From positions 29,636,001 through 29,700,000 of the forward strand of contig NC_135758.1 of assembly GCF_052425735.1 (NCBI RefSeq): a stretch of DNA of 64,000 nt, given 5' to 3'. Each line of letters starts with the position of its first letter. Position 1 is the stretch's first letter. The position numbers and the translations under genes were made by a program. The notes below the pieces were generated by a model. That model saw nothing but the letters and a program-made list of their open reading frames with translations, was not told the DNA's origin and did no database searches. This document shows positions 14,618 to 26,906 of the stretch, piece by piece. The DNA is from Oculina patagonica (taxonomy: Eukaryota).

Positions 14618-16391
14618 ATGTTGAAAGCTATCGTCATTTCTTTGTTATTTGTTATTTCCACTGGACAACTTTCGTGTAAAACTGCTTTGTGTCTGCAAGA
14701 AAACTTTCAAAAAAACACAGCAAGTGGAGAATCTTCAGAGTGCGCCACAGTCTTATACAATTTATTTGTATGGCTTGTGGAAGGTAAATGCACCTTTTTC
14801 CAATTTTGTTTATTCGTACGTGGAACCTGGGACACTGTGCTTTAAGTAAAAAACTTATTTAAAGGGATTGTGTCACGGCTGTGTTATTGCCAAATACTTG
14901 CTATGAAACTTAATGTTTGCGAAGAAATTACTCCTATGCATCCAAATGACAAAACCATAGCTTCATTGCAACCAAATGTGTCTCCCAGGCGTTATAATTT
15001 AAAGTTACAGGAAAAGGAGACTAACTTTGAAAACTGTTCAGCCCAACAATATTTCAAAAACCCATAATTATTGCAATCCGTTTCAATCTTCGTCACTTTT
15101 GGCCATCCGTACCTTTTGCTATATTTGCTGTTTTATTGAAATGTTCCTTCACTGTTTTAACAGGTTATTTTTTTATTTCACCGAATTTGATGGTCATTGC
15201 CGATGCCAAAATTTTGCTAAAATCCGTGACACAGTCCCTTTAAAATCGCGATGATCTGTAGGCCTGTCTGTTTTTTTTTCGGTTAAGGCCATCCCAATAA
15301 AATGTTTCGTTTCCCATCGCCCCGTCCCTTGTGATGGTGGGTCGGTCGGTCGGGCCAAAAAAAAAAGAAAGAACACTTGAAGGGTTCTGGGTTCCAGAAA
15401 AGGCCGGGCTGCTACTTAAAGAAAGCATGATTACAAAGTCAACTCGAAAACGTGATCTTTTCGTTCGTTATTCCTTAGCAGTCTTAAAATAACGTAGTAT
15501 CGATGTTTATTAAAGACAAAGACATCACATCATACCAACTGTTGTTAATAAAACAAGATCGTGTGCTTGTAAATTGAAGTACTTGCTTCTTTGAATAGTG
15601 AACCTGGAATTTTTTTTTTTACTTTTCGAAAAAAATGGGTCGGTCGGGCGATGGGAAACGAAACATTTTATTGGGATGGCCTAAGTGAAAGTTCGCAAAT
15701 GCAACTTGTCGAAATACTGCAAAGAATTGATTTCTTCACTTCTCAAAAATTCACAACGTCTGTCAAGGAGCGTATCTCAGCCATTTGGCGCTTGGAGATC
15801 TGGGAGGACAATCTTTGGTCACGACTGAGGTCTTTCTCGGGAAACCCAATGGCAGTTAGACCGAGTGAGGCGAAGCAAACCGAGCGGCAAAATCGGCATG
15901 ACAAAAGTCTCAAGAGCGGTTGAGAGTGCGCGCTCGTACTTGTAATCTTTCCAAGTTATGGTATACCAGCTATACTGTTTCTAGATCTAATGTTGGTCAG
16001 GCCGTCAGCACTGATTGCTTTTGCTTGCTTTTACTGATTTCAGTCTTCAAGAACAACTTGCCGTTTATTTTTACTTTATTGTGCTGTTATGTCGCATTCA
16101 TTGTGGTGCCTGCACTGCTCTTTACGCTCTACCTGTTTTCAAAAGATGAAACGCCGCATCGGGTAAGTACAAAAACATGCCAACAGACGATTTCTTTAAT
16201 TTTTTTCGCACAGTCCGCACAATTAATAATACGAAGGCTACTCAATAAGAAGGAGAGTCCTGCATGCAAGAAAACATAGAACCAGCAGTACTTAATAATC
16301 TATTGTTTTGTAGTTTCTAGTGGCCTGGAAAGAGTTACGGCGCACGCTTGCACAAGCGCTCAAAGTACTGATCAAGTGGATGAATGTCTAA
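14618..16391 (+). CDS. Candidate small spliced membrane protein (~120 aa; signal peptide plus TM helix), no recognised family
   Basis: Putative exons: 14618-14783 (G|gtaaat), 16044-16162 (tttcag|...CGG|gtaagt) and 16314-16391 (ttttgtag|). Exons 1 and 2 join in frame: MLKAIVISLLFVISTG...WLVE-V-FKNNLPFIFTLLCCYVAFIVVPALLFTLYLFSKDETPHR. CCAAT boxes and a CRE-like TTACGTCA lie at ~14440-14515. The third exon is uncertain. Confidence 0.4.
14863..15239. mobile_element. TTAA-TSD MITE (Kolobok/piggyBac-type)
   Basis: TTAA|AGGGATTGTGTCACGG ... CCGTGACACAGTCCCT|TTAA. Confidence 0.8.
15287..15681. mobile_element. PIF/Harbinger-type MITE
   Basis: TIR GGCCATCCCAATAAAATGTTTCGTTTCCCATCGCCC is perfectly inverted at the right end. 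TAA TSD on both sides. Confidence 0.8.
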
Positions 16392-18357
16392 AGTCTCTTG
16401 AATGAAGGCAGTTGTATTTACTTATTTAATTTAAAAATTATTCAACGTAGCCTTTTTTCTCTTGAAGAAACCCTTGCCCAGGCGAAGAAGCAATGAAGGG
16501 CTCAACAATAACACCACCAACACCAACATCGACAATAACAACCTTGATGCTCCTCAAACCGAGCTCAACCCACTTTTTGCAACCTCACCCCAAGACTCTG
16601 CACCTACCGGCTCCCAAAGCGAAAGCTGTATTTCTAACAAGGCACCGGCTTATTCAGGAAACCGCCCGCACGAGGAGCAACAAAGAGCTCTTGCGCAGCC
16701 CAATGAACCACTGGCAGTACAGCAGGTCAACGAACGTGATTCACAGAATGAAGAATCTCCAGAAATATCAAGTATTGAATCCGCTGACAGTGTAACCCTA
16801 TTGTGGAACCTGGGATCTGAGATTTGCCAAGAGCCCACGCTGAGGTCAGTGGGATTGCACATTATCATACTGGGGTGGAGGGGTTGAGGGAATAACCTGC
16901 GAAGCATTAGCAATTACTTTTGGTCGCTTGATACTAACAAAACAAGAGATAATCGCTGTTCTGTTGAGTCACTTGGCTCGGGCATGAAGGTTAACTTAGT
17001 TGATTATTATTGTTTTTTTCTTTTACAGGAAAAACTGTGTTATTGTTGGCTCCGGCCTCTTACTCGCCATTATGATTTACCGCCTGGCCAGGTAAGAGTA
17101 GCCATGTTAAATCATCTGAAACCGAGAGTTTCAACTCACGGCTTGGCACAATTTTTTTTTAAACTTACCAAAGCAAGGGCTATATGCCCTGCTACCTATT
17201 CTATTCGCCAAAATCAACAAAGGTGTGTTTTGAAATGGAAAAAGAGATAACGACCATAGCAGGGTCTTGAATGTAGACACATTCTTGGTATGTTTCAAAA
17301 TACAAACGTTTAATTTAGTTAAAGTTATTTCTTTGAATTGAACGGCCTTCTTCAAGGAGTTTGCTGTGCAACCACGGTGTGGCGGCCTCATTTTCTCCGC
17401 CCCTAAGCTGAAAGAAGCCTCCATCTCTTGCATTTGTGTTAACTTCAGTAATGTCTTTGAAAAGAGCGAGTTTTTAAGTATGGTTTATTTTTGACCTTGT
17501 ATCAGTACTACTACCTATACTCGGAATGAAGACTATGAACAATCTTTTGAATCGTTTCCTTTAGTCCCCATAGCTAGAAGCCAAAAGGCATACAACAGCG
17601 AACGAAAAAATAAACACCGCAGAGAACTGAAAGTGTAAAGTGCAGATATTTTTGCCTCTTGCTCTTTTCCCCTCTTAGGGAAAAGAGAGACTTGAAAGGA
17701 CAGACGACGCGTGCTCATCGTATTCTCTTTGGACTGTACCTAATAAACGGAGATTGGGTAGGGGGCATTTTCACGAAGACATTACATGAACCGTCCTCAA
17801 GTCCGGCGTTGGTCCTCAGAATCAATAAAACCTCAATTTGTGCAAAAAATATGTCAACATTAAAATCCAGTTGGGCGATATATATTTTGGATATCAGGTT
17901 TACTAACAGACCTTCTCTTTACCTTACAGGAAATGAATATTGCGGCTTGGCTATCTCGATCTGTGCAATTGCTTTGGGAGGAGGAAGTTGACTCTGAAGT
18001 TTATTGAATGACATGCTTGTATTGTTTAATGAACCTGGTCCTAATTATCTCTATTAAAAATCATTCCCTGCAGTAACTTTCCAGTGTCACAATAAAAACG
18101 TTTGTTTCAGTGATGTTTCCACGTGTTTTTGTTTACAATTTTTTATATACGGGTGATGGGAAGGTGCGAACGAAGCCTTAATTTTAATCATCCCGAAGGC
18201 AGGCAGGCAGGCAGGCAGACAGGCAGAACGTTGAGGCTGAGATTTCCCCCAAAATTTATGAAAATGTATGGGCTAAAATAAGAATATCCTTAGGCTCAGC
18301 AAATTTTACGCGTTCTTATTAAAAGAACAGTGTATCTAAACCCAAAACAATCCCAAC

Positions 18358-18415
18358 TTAGCCTTCGTTGCAGACGAACTAATCCCGGGGTTTAGTTCGT
18401 CTGCAACACAGGCTA
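18358..18415. repeat. Short hairpin (palindromic) interspersed element
   Basis: TAGCC..GTTGCAGACGAACTAA / TTAGTTCGTCTGCAAC..GGCTA inverted repeat. Confidence 0.55.
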
Positions 18416-19276
18416 TACCAGCATCGCGATAAGAGAAAACCATCAAACTTCCCCGTCCAACATACTACTTTGTATGAAGCGAAAAGAATCAATGATGGGC
18501 TGTTTTCAGCTACAGCTACACTCCACTAGCCTACGCAGACGTTCTTTTGGATCGTCACGCAATCTTTCCTCCAAAAGAACGTCTGAGTAGGGGCTTCAGC
18601 TTCATATCACATCTGTTCACAAGAAACATTTATTGTACGTTCCACTATGTCCGATTACGATGCACTCGATTAATTCAAAACGCTATATACACGTCCAATG
18701 ATCTACTTAAACGAGGTTGTCCTTATGTCCTCGAAAAATGTCCTAACGATCTTGCTTAATCCAACGTTGAAACCTGAATAAATGAAATCTACTTGACATG
18801 CAACTTGAAAACGAAAAAAAGGGCCTGAATTTACATAAACGAACGGAACTATGCCGGTAGAAAAACAAAAGAAACAAAAAGATATTACACAACTATTTTA
18901 CGCACAACATAATGATTAAAACTAATGAATTCAATTCTCTCGTGTCCAACATCCTTTTATGTTGATTTTTAGTGGAAACGCATTAAGTGTGCAGTTTTCT
19001 AGGCAGCCTTTGCAAACAAAACTTGAAAAGAACTCTGAAGTGTATAACGTGACACCAGCAAACAGGAAGTGGAATTGTGTGACACAAACTACCCGGCGGA
19101 AACACGTTTTCGCCGATTTCCAAATATAGAAGAGAGTCGTGACGTGTCTCACAGTTCAATATGGCGGACGACAAATCTCCGTTTTCAACAAAAATTTCTC
19201 ATCTTCGCGTCTAAAGATCTATTACATGCCGCTTCTACAAAATGATATCTTGTCTGTAAAATGAGGAACATTTGTC

Positions 19277-21158
19277 ATGTCTCTTTTGAAGAAAGGAGGC
19301 TACACAAGTTATGTATCAAGCCGGGAAGAAGACGACCCGGCTGTTGAAATACAAAATGTCCCGTCATCAAGGGTCTATATATTTGGGAATGATGGGGCAG
19401 ACGAAGTGGGGATCGAAGACTCCACAGTGGAGATGACAGAGTTAAGACCAAGGAGTAGAAACAAGAGATCATATGCGTCGACGAACTCAGCTCCTCAGCA
19501 ATCTAGAAAGACGGAAACCATTGATCGTGAAATTCTGCCAAATGATTCACTTCAAAGTTTCTCTCTTCAGTACGGTTGTACGGTACGTATGTTGCAATCA
19601 AGTTTTCTTATATCGTCGTCTATATTGGTTACACTTGCCTTTCCATCTAATGTTTCAAAGTTGAAGATTGGAATTGAAGGATGATCTTTTTTTAAATACT
19701 GTTAAATTTTGTGTGTGTTCAACTGTAAAGGTTGTTTAGTTACGCTTCTAGTATTTAACCACGTTATACAGTCTTCAATTATTCTATTCAAGATTTATAA
19801 CGAAGATTACTACACTGGTGGTTTTGTAATTCCTGCATCTGTATTTTTCTGTGTTTGTCCAGTATACACGTTGCAGTCAATCTCAGTAAAGAAACTAGGA
19901 AGACTTCAATTTCAATCTGTATGCTGACCCCTTCTATACTCAGTACGGTCACAACTGCACTGTTTTGTGTAACAAATCTTTTTTGTTTGGTTTCATCAGA
20001 GTAAAACCACAGTAGAAGGCTATGAGAAGGTTTTAACTAGCCCATATATCAAAGGAATTGTATCACTCATTACAATAATTGTACTGAGTAGAAAATCAAA
20101 GAAGAAGGTCACTCCAGAAAGCATACATTATGTGTAAAAAATTTCAGACGATTTTAATTTCAGACATTAAAAGTTAGTGTCTGATAAAAAAAGACTGTGT
20201 GAAATTTTTAATGCCTCCAAAATTTTAAGCGCGCGAATTTTTTACACTATAGTATATTAGTACTTTCTTGGGCGATGGGATTACATGTATTCAAGGACAC
20301 TAACCATGAAAAAACTAGAACTCAGATTAGGCCTTTTGTTTCTTTTTATCACTTGAAAAGGATTTATTGAATTTGTTATGAAAAACATATTGCCGATAAA
20401 GGCTGATTTATGCCCACTGGCTTGTTGGTTTGTATGACCGCCTCCAACACAAGTCTTGATGTGATAAGTAAGGGTTAAATGAAACGGTTTTGAGATGGCA
20501 GGAATATTGGGGGGCTGTCACTAAAAAAATAGAACTAGAAGATCCTTTTAAAGATCTTGACACAGATCATTACATCACTTCATAATATGAACTTGGTTTT
20601 GATTGTTGAATCCTATTATTTTCACAGGTGGCTGAAATAAAAAGAGTCAATAATTTCTACAGCGACCAAGATTTTTATGCACTAAAGACAATCAAAATCC
20701 CTGTCCAGCCACATGGATTATTGACTGAAATATCTGATAAGAAGCAAAGACCTCCACCTATCAAAATACCTGGGAACCAGCCTTCGACATCAGGAGATAT
20801 TAATGATGACAATGATGAGTCTGATTATGAGGAGAGTGGGCCCAATGGAGACTGTGTTAGAACTGTTAGCATTCGCTCTGCGTTGGATTCGCCAAACAGC
20901 TTTCTGCAACACATGGACAATGATCTCAAACTGATTTGCAAATCTACACCTCTAAGAAAGAATAATCTTGATGAAGTCGCTAGGACGCTGACAATTAATT
21001 GCATAAACCCAATAAAATTGAGAAAACAACAAGAAAAGACACTTGGAACAGCTTGCGGCATTGGATGGAAGGGAATCATAGTAACTGTGTTCCTTGTAGG
21101 TATTCTACTGCCAGGAATAGTTGCCTTTTTTTACCTAAGAAAAAAAGATGACAGATGA
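19277..21158 (+). CDS. LYSMD3: LysM and putative peptidoglycan-binding domain protein 3/4-like (278 aa, LysM plus C-terminal TM helix)
   Basis: Exons 19277-19582 (ACG|gtacgt) and 20628-21158 (ttcacag|GTG). The junction rebuilds the LysM motif REILPNDSLQSFSLQYGCT|VAEIKRVNNFYSDQDFYALKTIKIPV. Also seen: N-terminal ELRPR motif and C-terminal GIGW...TM helix typical of LYSMD3/4. Confidence 0.9.
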
Positions 21159-22647
21159 CCAGAAATATATTTTTATATTTATGGTACTTTTGACAGTATA
21201 TTTAAATCAGTTGGATTAAAAAAAGTATCAAATGCAATTTTAGGAAGTACTCAAATGTGAAAAGTGGATCAAGAAATCAATGTACATGTACAGATAAATT
21301 GAATTAATAAATATTAATAGTATTTTATGATAAGTGAATTTTAGAAACATGTACAATCATGTAAAACCATTATAAGTTTATGATGCTCATTAACATAGAT
21401 CTTTGGTCCTGTCTGTAATCGTTGCCACATTCTGCCAATCTATTTATTTTTACATTATTAATATATTAAAATTTGTGCAAATACATGTAAGTATCACACT
21501 ACACAAGTTTTGTTATCTTTTCACAACGATCAACATCAGAAATCTCTTCACCTTACAGTATCAAAACAAAGTAACTGATAACAAAGAATTTATTAAATTC
21601 TCCCAATTAGTAATAGTAATTGGACTGAGTGGAGTACATATCTGGGAGTTATGGGGCGAGTTTTTCAAAATCAGCTGAGTGGGTTATGCATAGTTTCACT
21701 CATCCTTGGAGACCCAGGGTCAGTTAGTGGGGTGAAACGAAGGAATAAACGGGCAGAAATCGTAGCGACAACTTCGTTTTGCCCCACTAACTACCCCTGG
21801 GTCTTCGAGGATGAGCTTCACTTAGTTTTACAGGGGAGAATTTCATGTATAATTCTTCATGTTTGTTTCTTTTGACTGATAATATTGTGCTGCATCATGT
21901 CTTAAACATGGCATTATTTTGATTTGATTGTCAAATAATTGAAAATTTCAATTGTCATTAGAGCATGAAAAGATGACTTATTCTATAAATGAATTAATTA
22001 ATTTTATTGACTACCACTAACAGATTGCTTTAATTCTTCTTGTCGTGTGTAAATTGTTATTGGAAAACAAAGTGAATTGAGGTAGTTGTAGTCAAATCAT
22101 ATCAAAATGCAAGCAGTCTTACTTGTAACTTTACAAAGAAGCTTGTATTCCTATTGACTTTGACAAGCGATTGAGAAATAAAGTGAATCATAATGCTCCT
22201 CAGCAACCCTGAAGATCCAGATTGCCATTTTCCAAGGATAATTCTTTTCAGTTGTGAGGGGCAAACTTCTGCAAATGTTTCCTAGTTTTTTACACATTCA
22301 ACTTATTTAGGACAATTTGATCTATTGCTATGTAAACCTTTAAAAAAGCACATCGGTCAGGTGCTTACCGGTATTTCTTTTCAAAATATTTTATTAAGGT
22401 GGTAATTAAGCACCCCTCATAATGAAATTTTCAATGAAAACTTGCCCTTTCCCAATCTACTTTTTAAGAAGACAATAGTTTAAAAAGTTAAATTTGGAAA
22501 TTGAGGAAATGCTCTCCAGGAAGGGGCAGAGATCATAATAGAGAGGGGGCTTATAGAGCCAGGAGTTGGTGGTGGTGGTGGTGGTGGTGGGGGGGGGGGG
22601 TGCTCAGTTTTTATTTCAAATTCTCTTCCCCTAGAGAATATAACTTA

Positions 22648-22898
22648 GGGCCTGTTTACATGAAGGGAGGGTAGCTCGGCTAGAAGGGCTGAAAGATAGC
22701 CCGCCTTTACATGCAGAATTCACATTCCTTCTACGCAAATCAAGACAGTGTCATTGAAGCATGTGACAGCATGGGAAAACCATGTGGCTTCAATGCATTT
22801 TTCTAAAGAAACGTATGAAAAGTTGGCCCTCCCAGGGTAGCAAGTTTAAACTGGTAATTTGGTTAGCCAGGGCACCCTCACTCCATGTAAAAGGGCCT
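22648..22898. mobile_element. PIF/Harbinger-type MITE
   Basis: GGGCCTGTTTACATGAAGGGAGGG ... CCCTCACTCCATGTAAAAGGGCC imperfect TIR with TTA flanks. Confidence 0.6.
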
Positions 22899-23646
22899 TT
22901 AATATTATAGGGGTGTGACAGTATTTTGATTTGCTGTTTTTTGATAATTGGCACAAAGATCTGCTTGCTGTCATTTCCCACTCCAGACCCAAGAAACAGG
23001 AATGCTACATGGGGCTACATGTAGTAGTATTTATAGCAGACATTGGTGGATCTAGGGAAGAGACCCGGGGGGCCTCCCCCCCCCCGTTATTTTATCACCA
23101 TGAGGATGGTTTTAATAATTCATTTTAATTTAGAACAATTTTTACTATACATTATATTATATCCCATATACATATTAACTTGTATTATCATTTTAAAACT
23201 TTTTAAACTTATTTCTTAAAACGTTTCACACTCTGTTTACACTATTTTTTTTTATGGCCCACAATCTAAACCACTCAGGTTGCCAGTAATTGTGCAAGCC
23301 AATAATATATTTATCTATTTATTTATTTTATATTTATTTATTTATATATTTACTTATTTATTTAGTTCAGTGTGTGATAAGGCACCGTATCTTTCTAGAT
23401 CCTTCTACTGGAAGTCATCGTTTGTTAATCCATATTATTCTGCATTTACTTATTTATTTATTTATAATTAATTTTGACCTAAATAATTTTGTTGAATGAG
23501 AATGTCCGTTGCACTGACAACGTGCTTATTAAAACCAGGTGAAACACATGAAACACAAAGTATGTATGAAAATTATAAGTAAAATTCTTATCTGATATAA
23601 AATATCAAATATTTTGTCTGGGTTATCTTGCGTGCAGATTAGTCTG

Positions 23647-24255
23647 CTAATTTGCTCCTGTTTTTCCGTCTTGCTTCTTTCTCCTGTTATAATCGTCAAG
23701 TTTTTCCAAAGCCTTACGAAAAGACCAACTCTGGGAATGTACCCTGCTGTTGACTTCATTCTTTTCCTTGAGAAAATTATCGTACCTTGACGCCAGAGTG
23801 GCCCAGGCAACATCAGAACTCCACACATCATTTTTTGCAAAAAATTTCACTCGCTTCTCCAAGTACTGACACCTTATCGCCGTTTGGTAGTGTAGTTGGT
23901 GTAAAGTGCCGGGAGAGTTGGGAATATTTGGTATATTTACGACTGCAGTAAACAGGAGCGATGTTGCAGAAGATGCCACCAACAAAGGTGCGAGACGAGG
24001 ACTTTCTGCAACCATCATTTTCCACGCCAGTTTGGATAAGACGCCACCTGTGGTCCCTAAAGTTGCTGTTAAGACAGACGCATATTGAAGTTTAATATCC
24101 AAATTTCTGTAGTATTCAGATGCTATAAAGTGAGACGAGGCCGTCACTTTTAAGCTATACTGCATGCCCTTGAGTTCATCTTCCAAATTTTGTCGCCTCT
24201 TCTGATCCTCACTCTGTTTCTTTAGTTGTTCCTCAGTTGACACCCAAGATCCCAT
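23647..24255 (-). CDS. SLATT-like two-TM effector, paralog 1 (202 aa, intronless)
   Basis: Intact ORF clearly homologous to three neighbours. Pattern: SHFxxxxxY, two small-residue-rich hydrophobic helices, then P-x6-H-x3-[AG]-x4-YL-x6-F and a charged helical tail. MGSWVS N-terminus. Family call is by eye. Confidence 0.75.
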   Translation of the reverse strand: MGSWVSTEEQLKKQSEDQKRRQNLEDELKGMQYSLKVTASSHFIASEYYRNLDIKLQYASVLTATLGTTGGVLSKLAWKMMVAESPRLAPLLVASSATSLLFTAVVNIPNIPNSPGTLHQLHYQTAIRCQYLEKRVKFFAKNDVWSSDVAWATLASRYDNFLKEKNEVNSRVHSQSWSFRKALEKLDDYNRRKKQDGKTGAN

Positions 24256-24289
24256 TGCCTCGCTTTAAGGGATACCTACTGTACAAAAT

Positions 24290-24810
24290 CCCGTGACAAC
24301 GCGGCCATGTTGGTTGATAAAACAGTAAAATATGTTTTTGCGGAATTTGCATGCCCAACGGAAGAAAACGCTTTTGTTCTTGTTATCAGACATGGCTACG
24401 TCAGACCCATTAAAGTGACTCTGTCACGGCTGAGTTCAGTTTATTTTAATAAGTTTTGCCAAATACTCGCTATGAAACTTTTGCAAAGAAATTACAGTAC
24501 TTCTATAGATCTAAATGACAAAACCCTAGCAACATTGTAACCGAATATGTCTTCCGGGCGCCGGGTCCGGGGGTTATAATTTAAAGTTACAACTGAAACG
24601 AGATTAGCTTTGAAAACTGTTCAGCCCAACAATATTTCACAAACCCATTTCGCAATCCGTTTCAATCTTCGTCACTTTTGGCCATCCGTACCTTTTTTTC
24701 ACTGTTTTTAGAGGTTTTTATTTTATTTTACCGAATTTGATGGTCATTTCCCATAACTAAATTTGTCTTAAATCCGTGACACAGTCCCATTAATATGACG
24801 TGCAAACCCG
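24290..24810. mobile_element. Nested insertion: TTAA-TSD MITE (24414-24789) inside an older short element
   Basis: TTAA|AGTGACTCTGTCACGG...CCGTGACACAGTCCCA|TTAA. The host element starts near GCGGCCATGTTGG and resumes at TGACGTGCAAACC. Confidence 0.65.
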
Positions 24811-24843
24811 GAAGTAAGTCGGAAATACGAGATCGATGTTGAT

Positions 24844-25788
24844 CATTCTCGTTCCCAGAGCCTTCCGTTTCTTTTGGTCACGTGGTCGGCGAAACGAAGG
24901 GCTCTGGTAACACTGACTACCGGATGTCGTAAAATCCACGACATCCGGTAGCGCATGCCCACTGCATAAATGTTCGTCTGCGCCTGCTCAGTAAAAGAAA
25001 GGGGAAGGCTGGGGCTGACTTAGACGAGAAAGCGAATTTGAAAGAAGATACGACATTTGTCCCCCCCACATTTGAGTTTGGCGTTCGAAAGAGCTGTACA
25101 GCAATCCTTGCTACAATTGTCGGAGGACATCAAGAAACAAGGAATGGAACAGGAAGACGGCAGATAGAAAAGTTAGAATCCAGAGGAATTAGAGTCATAG
25201 TGTTTAAACACGGAGTCGAGGAAATCATCAGCTGATATAAACATTCCGACGGTTGATGATACTGTGAAATTTATTTATGGCCATGCGGAGGTATTGTAGA
25301 AAATTCAGAGCTAAAAAAGCGGCTGAGCGATGAGGTATCATTCTATTGAGCGGCGGTAAGAAATATCACATTGAATTTCAAAGTCTTCATGTATTCATGA
25401 ACTCCATTTAGTGTGTATATCTTGTATAAGCTAAGTAAACGTTGATAGTGCAAATGTTTGCAATATTTTTAATGCAATAAAAAGTACAACCGAGTTACAC
25501 CTTACAAAAGATGTACTTTTCATTTGTTCATAAACAAAGGTCTGCTTCGTGAATATGTTATTCCAATAAACTCCCAACAAACTCCCAGACTGTTATTCGG
25601 TCTTTTTCCGGAAACATTTTCAAACTGACCGGAAGTATAACGAAAATTGCGTAGAAGCGTTTCATTTTTTTACCTAATTACGCATGCAGTTTTTATCAGC
25701 CAATCAAAAAAATCATATTTTTTACCGTTACCAGGGCCACTACGTCATGTCATTTAAAAAAATACGCGTGGCCCTGGGGAAGAGGATG
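24844..25788. mobile_element. Non-autonomous TIR element (~0.94 kb)
   Basis: Left end CATTCTCGTTCCCAGAGC resembles the reverse complement of the right end GCCCTGGGGAAGAGGATG. Terminus type matches 12562. No clear TSD. Confidence 0.5.
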
Positions 25789-25875
25789 ATTCATGCCCAC
25801 TAGCTATAGTTGATCATAGTTTGTTGGTTTGTACGACAGCTGTCTCCAAAACAAACCTGATGTGATAAGGTTATG

Positions 25876-26060
25876 NNNNNNNNNNNNNNNNNNNNNNNNN
25901 NNNNNNNNNNNNNNNNNNNNNNNNNNNNNNNNNNNNNNNNNNNNNNNNNNNNNNNNNNNNNNNNNNNNNNNNNNNNNNNNNNNNNNNNNNNNNNNNNNNN
26001 NNNNNNNNNNNNNNNNNNNNNNNNNNNNNNNNNNNNNNNNNNNNNNNNNNNNNNNNNNNN
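25876..26060. other. Assembly gap (N run)
   Basis: 185 N bases. Confidence 1.
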
Positions 26061-26454
26061 TAAGAACCAGAAGATATTTAATTTTGAAGATCTTGTCGCA
26101 GATCATCGGCTTTAGGCCACTTTCGATATCTTGTGCTCCAAAGCTTTTAGTTTACTTTATAGAGGGAACTCTAGTTGAGACACTGCTGAGAGAGATAGAC
26201 GCAACGGCTTGATAGAATTTTTGTTATTCTCTCGTTAGTGTATCTGTTAAACCTTGAGGGTGCAGTAAATATATTATCATTTTTACAGATGTTGTTTCAG
26301 TCAGATTCGTGTTTAATTTTTGAAGGCGTAATTTTACTTTAGGTATGTCTCAGCAAAGCGTCCGAAGTTTTTGTCCGAAATTTGTCCAAATGAGATAAAA
26401 AAGTGTCCGAAAACTTAACGTCTGAAATAGAACGCTCGAATTTTAAACTTCCAC

Positions 26455-26642
26455 CCACAGGAAAAAGAGGAAAGTTGGACGACCAAGGAACAATTGGAAG
26501 CGATCCATGCTGCAGGAGTTGGAAGGAGTAGGCTACTCCTGGGGAAGGGCCAAAGCATTAGCAAAGAACCGTGTGCGCTGGAGGAAACTGGTGGACGCCC
26601 TATGCTCCCAAGGGGGTGACAAGGAACAATGATGATGATGGT
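26455..26642 (+). mobile_element. 3' end of an RTE-clade LINE
   Basis: Encodes GKRGKLDDQG-like / GRP..W remnants and ...RVRWRKLVDALCS. Ends in an (ATG)n tail. Confidence 0.6.
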
Positions 26643-26906
26643 CATAACTCTCGTAAGGGACCACCTCCCGTGCTTGGCATTTCGGGTGGTCGAATACGAT
26701 AGGTTTTACGGTTTATTTATATATAACTGATGACAAACAAAACTGAAATTATCGGATCTTTCACCGGCCCTGCTCGCCAGAGAATTTGTTTGCGTTAAGA
26801 TAAACCAGTCTGCCGTCAGTGGCCATTTTTACTCCTTTTCTATCCTCACAGGAACATTCTGCAAGGCGCATTTGTTCTCCGAGAAAACTGCCAGAACTGT
26901 TCTTCC

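Noticed and set aside
25804-26212. ORFs spanning X runs (also 33470-33919)
   Set aside because: Artefacts of the N gaps.
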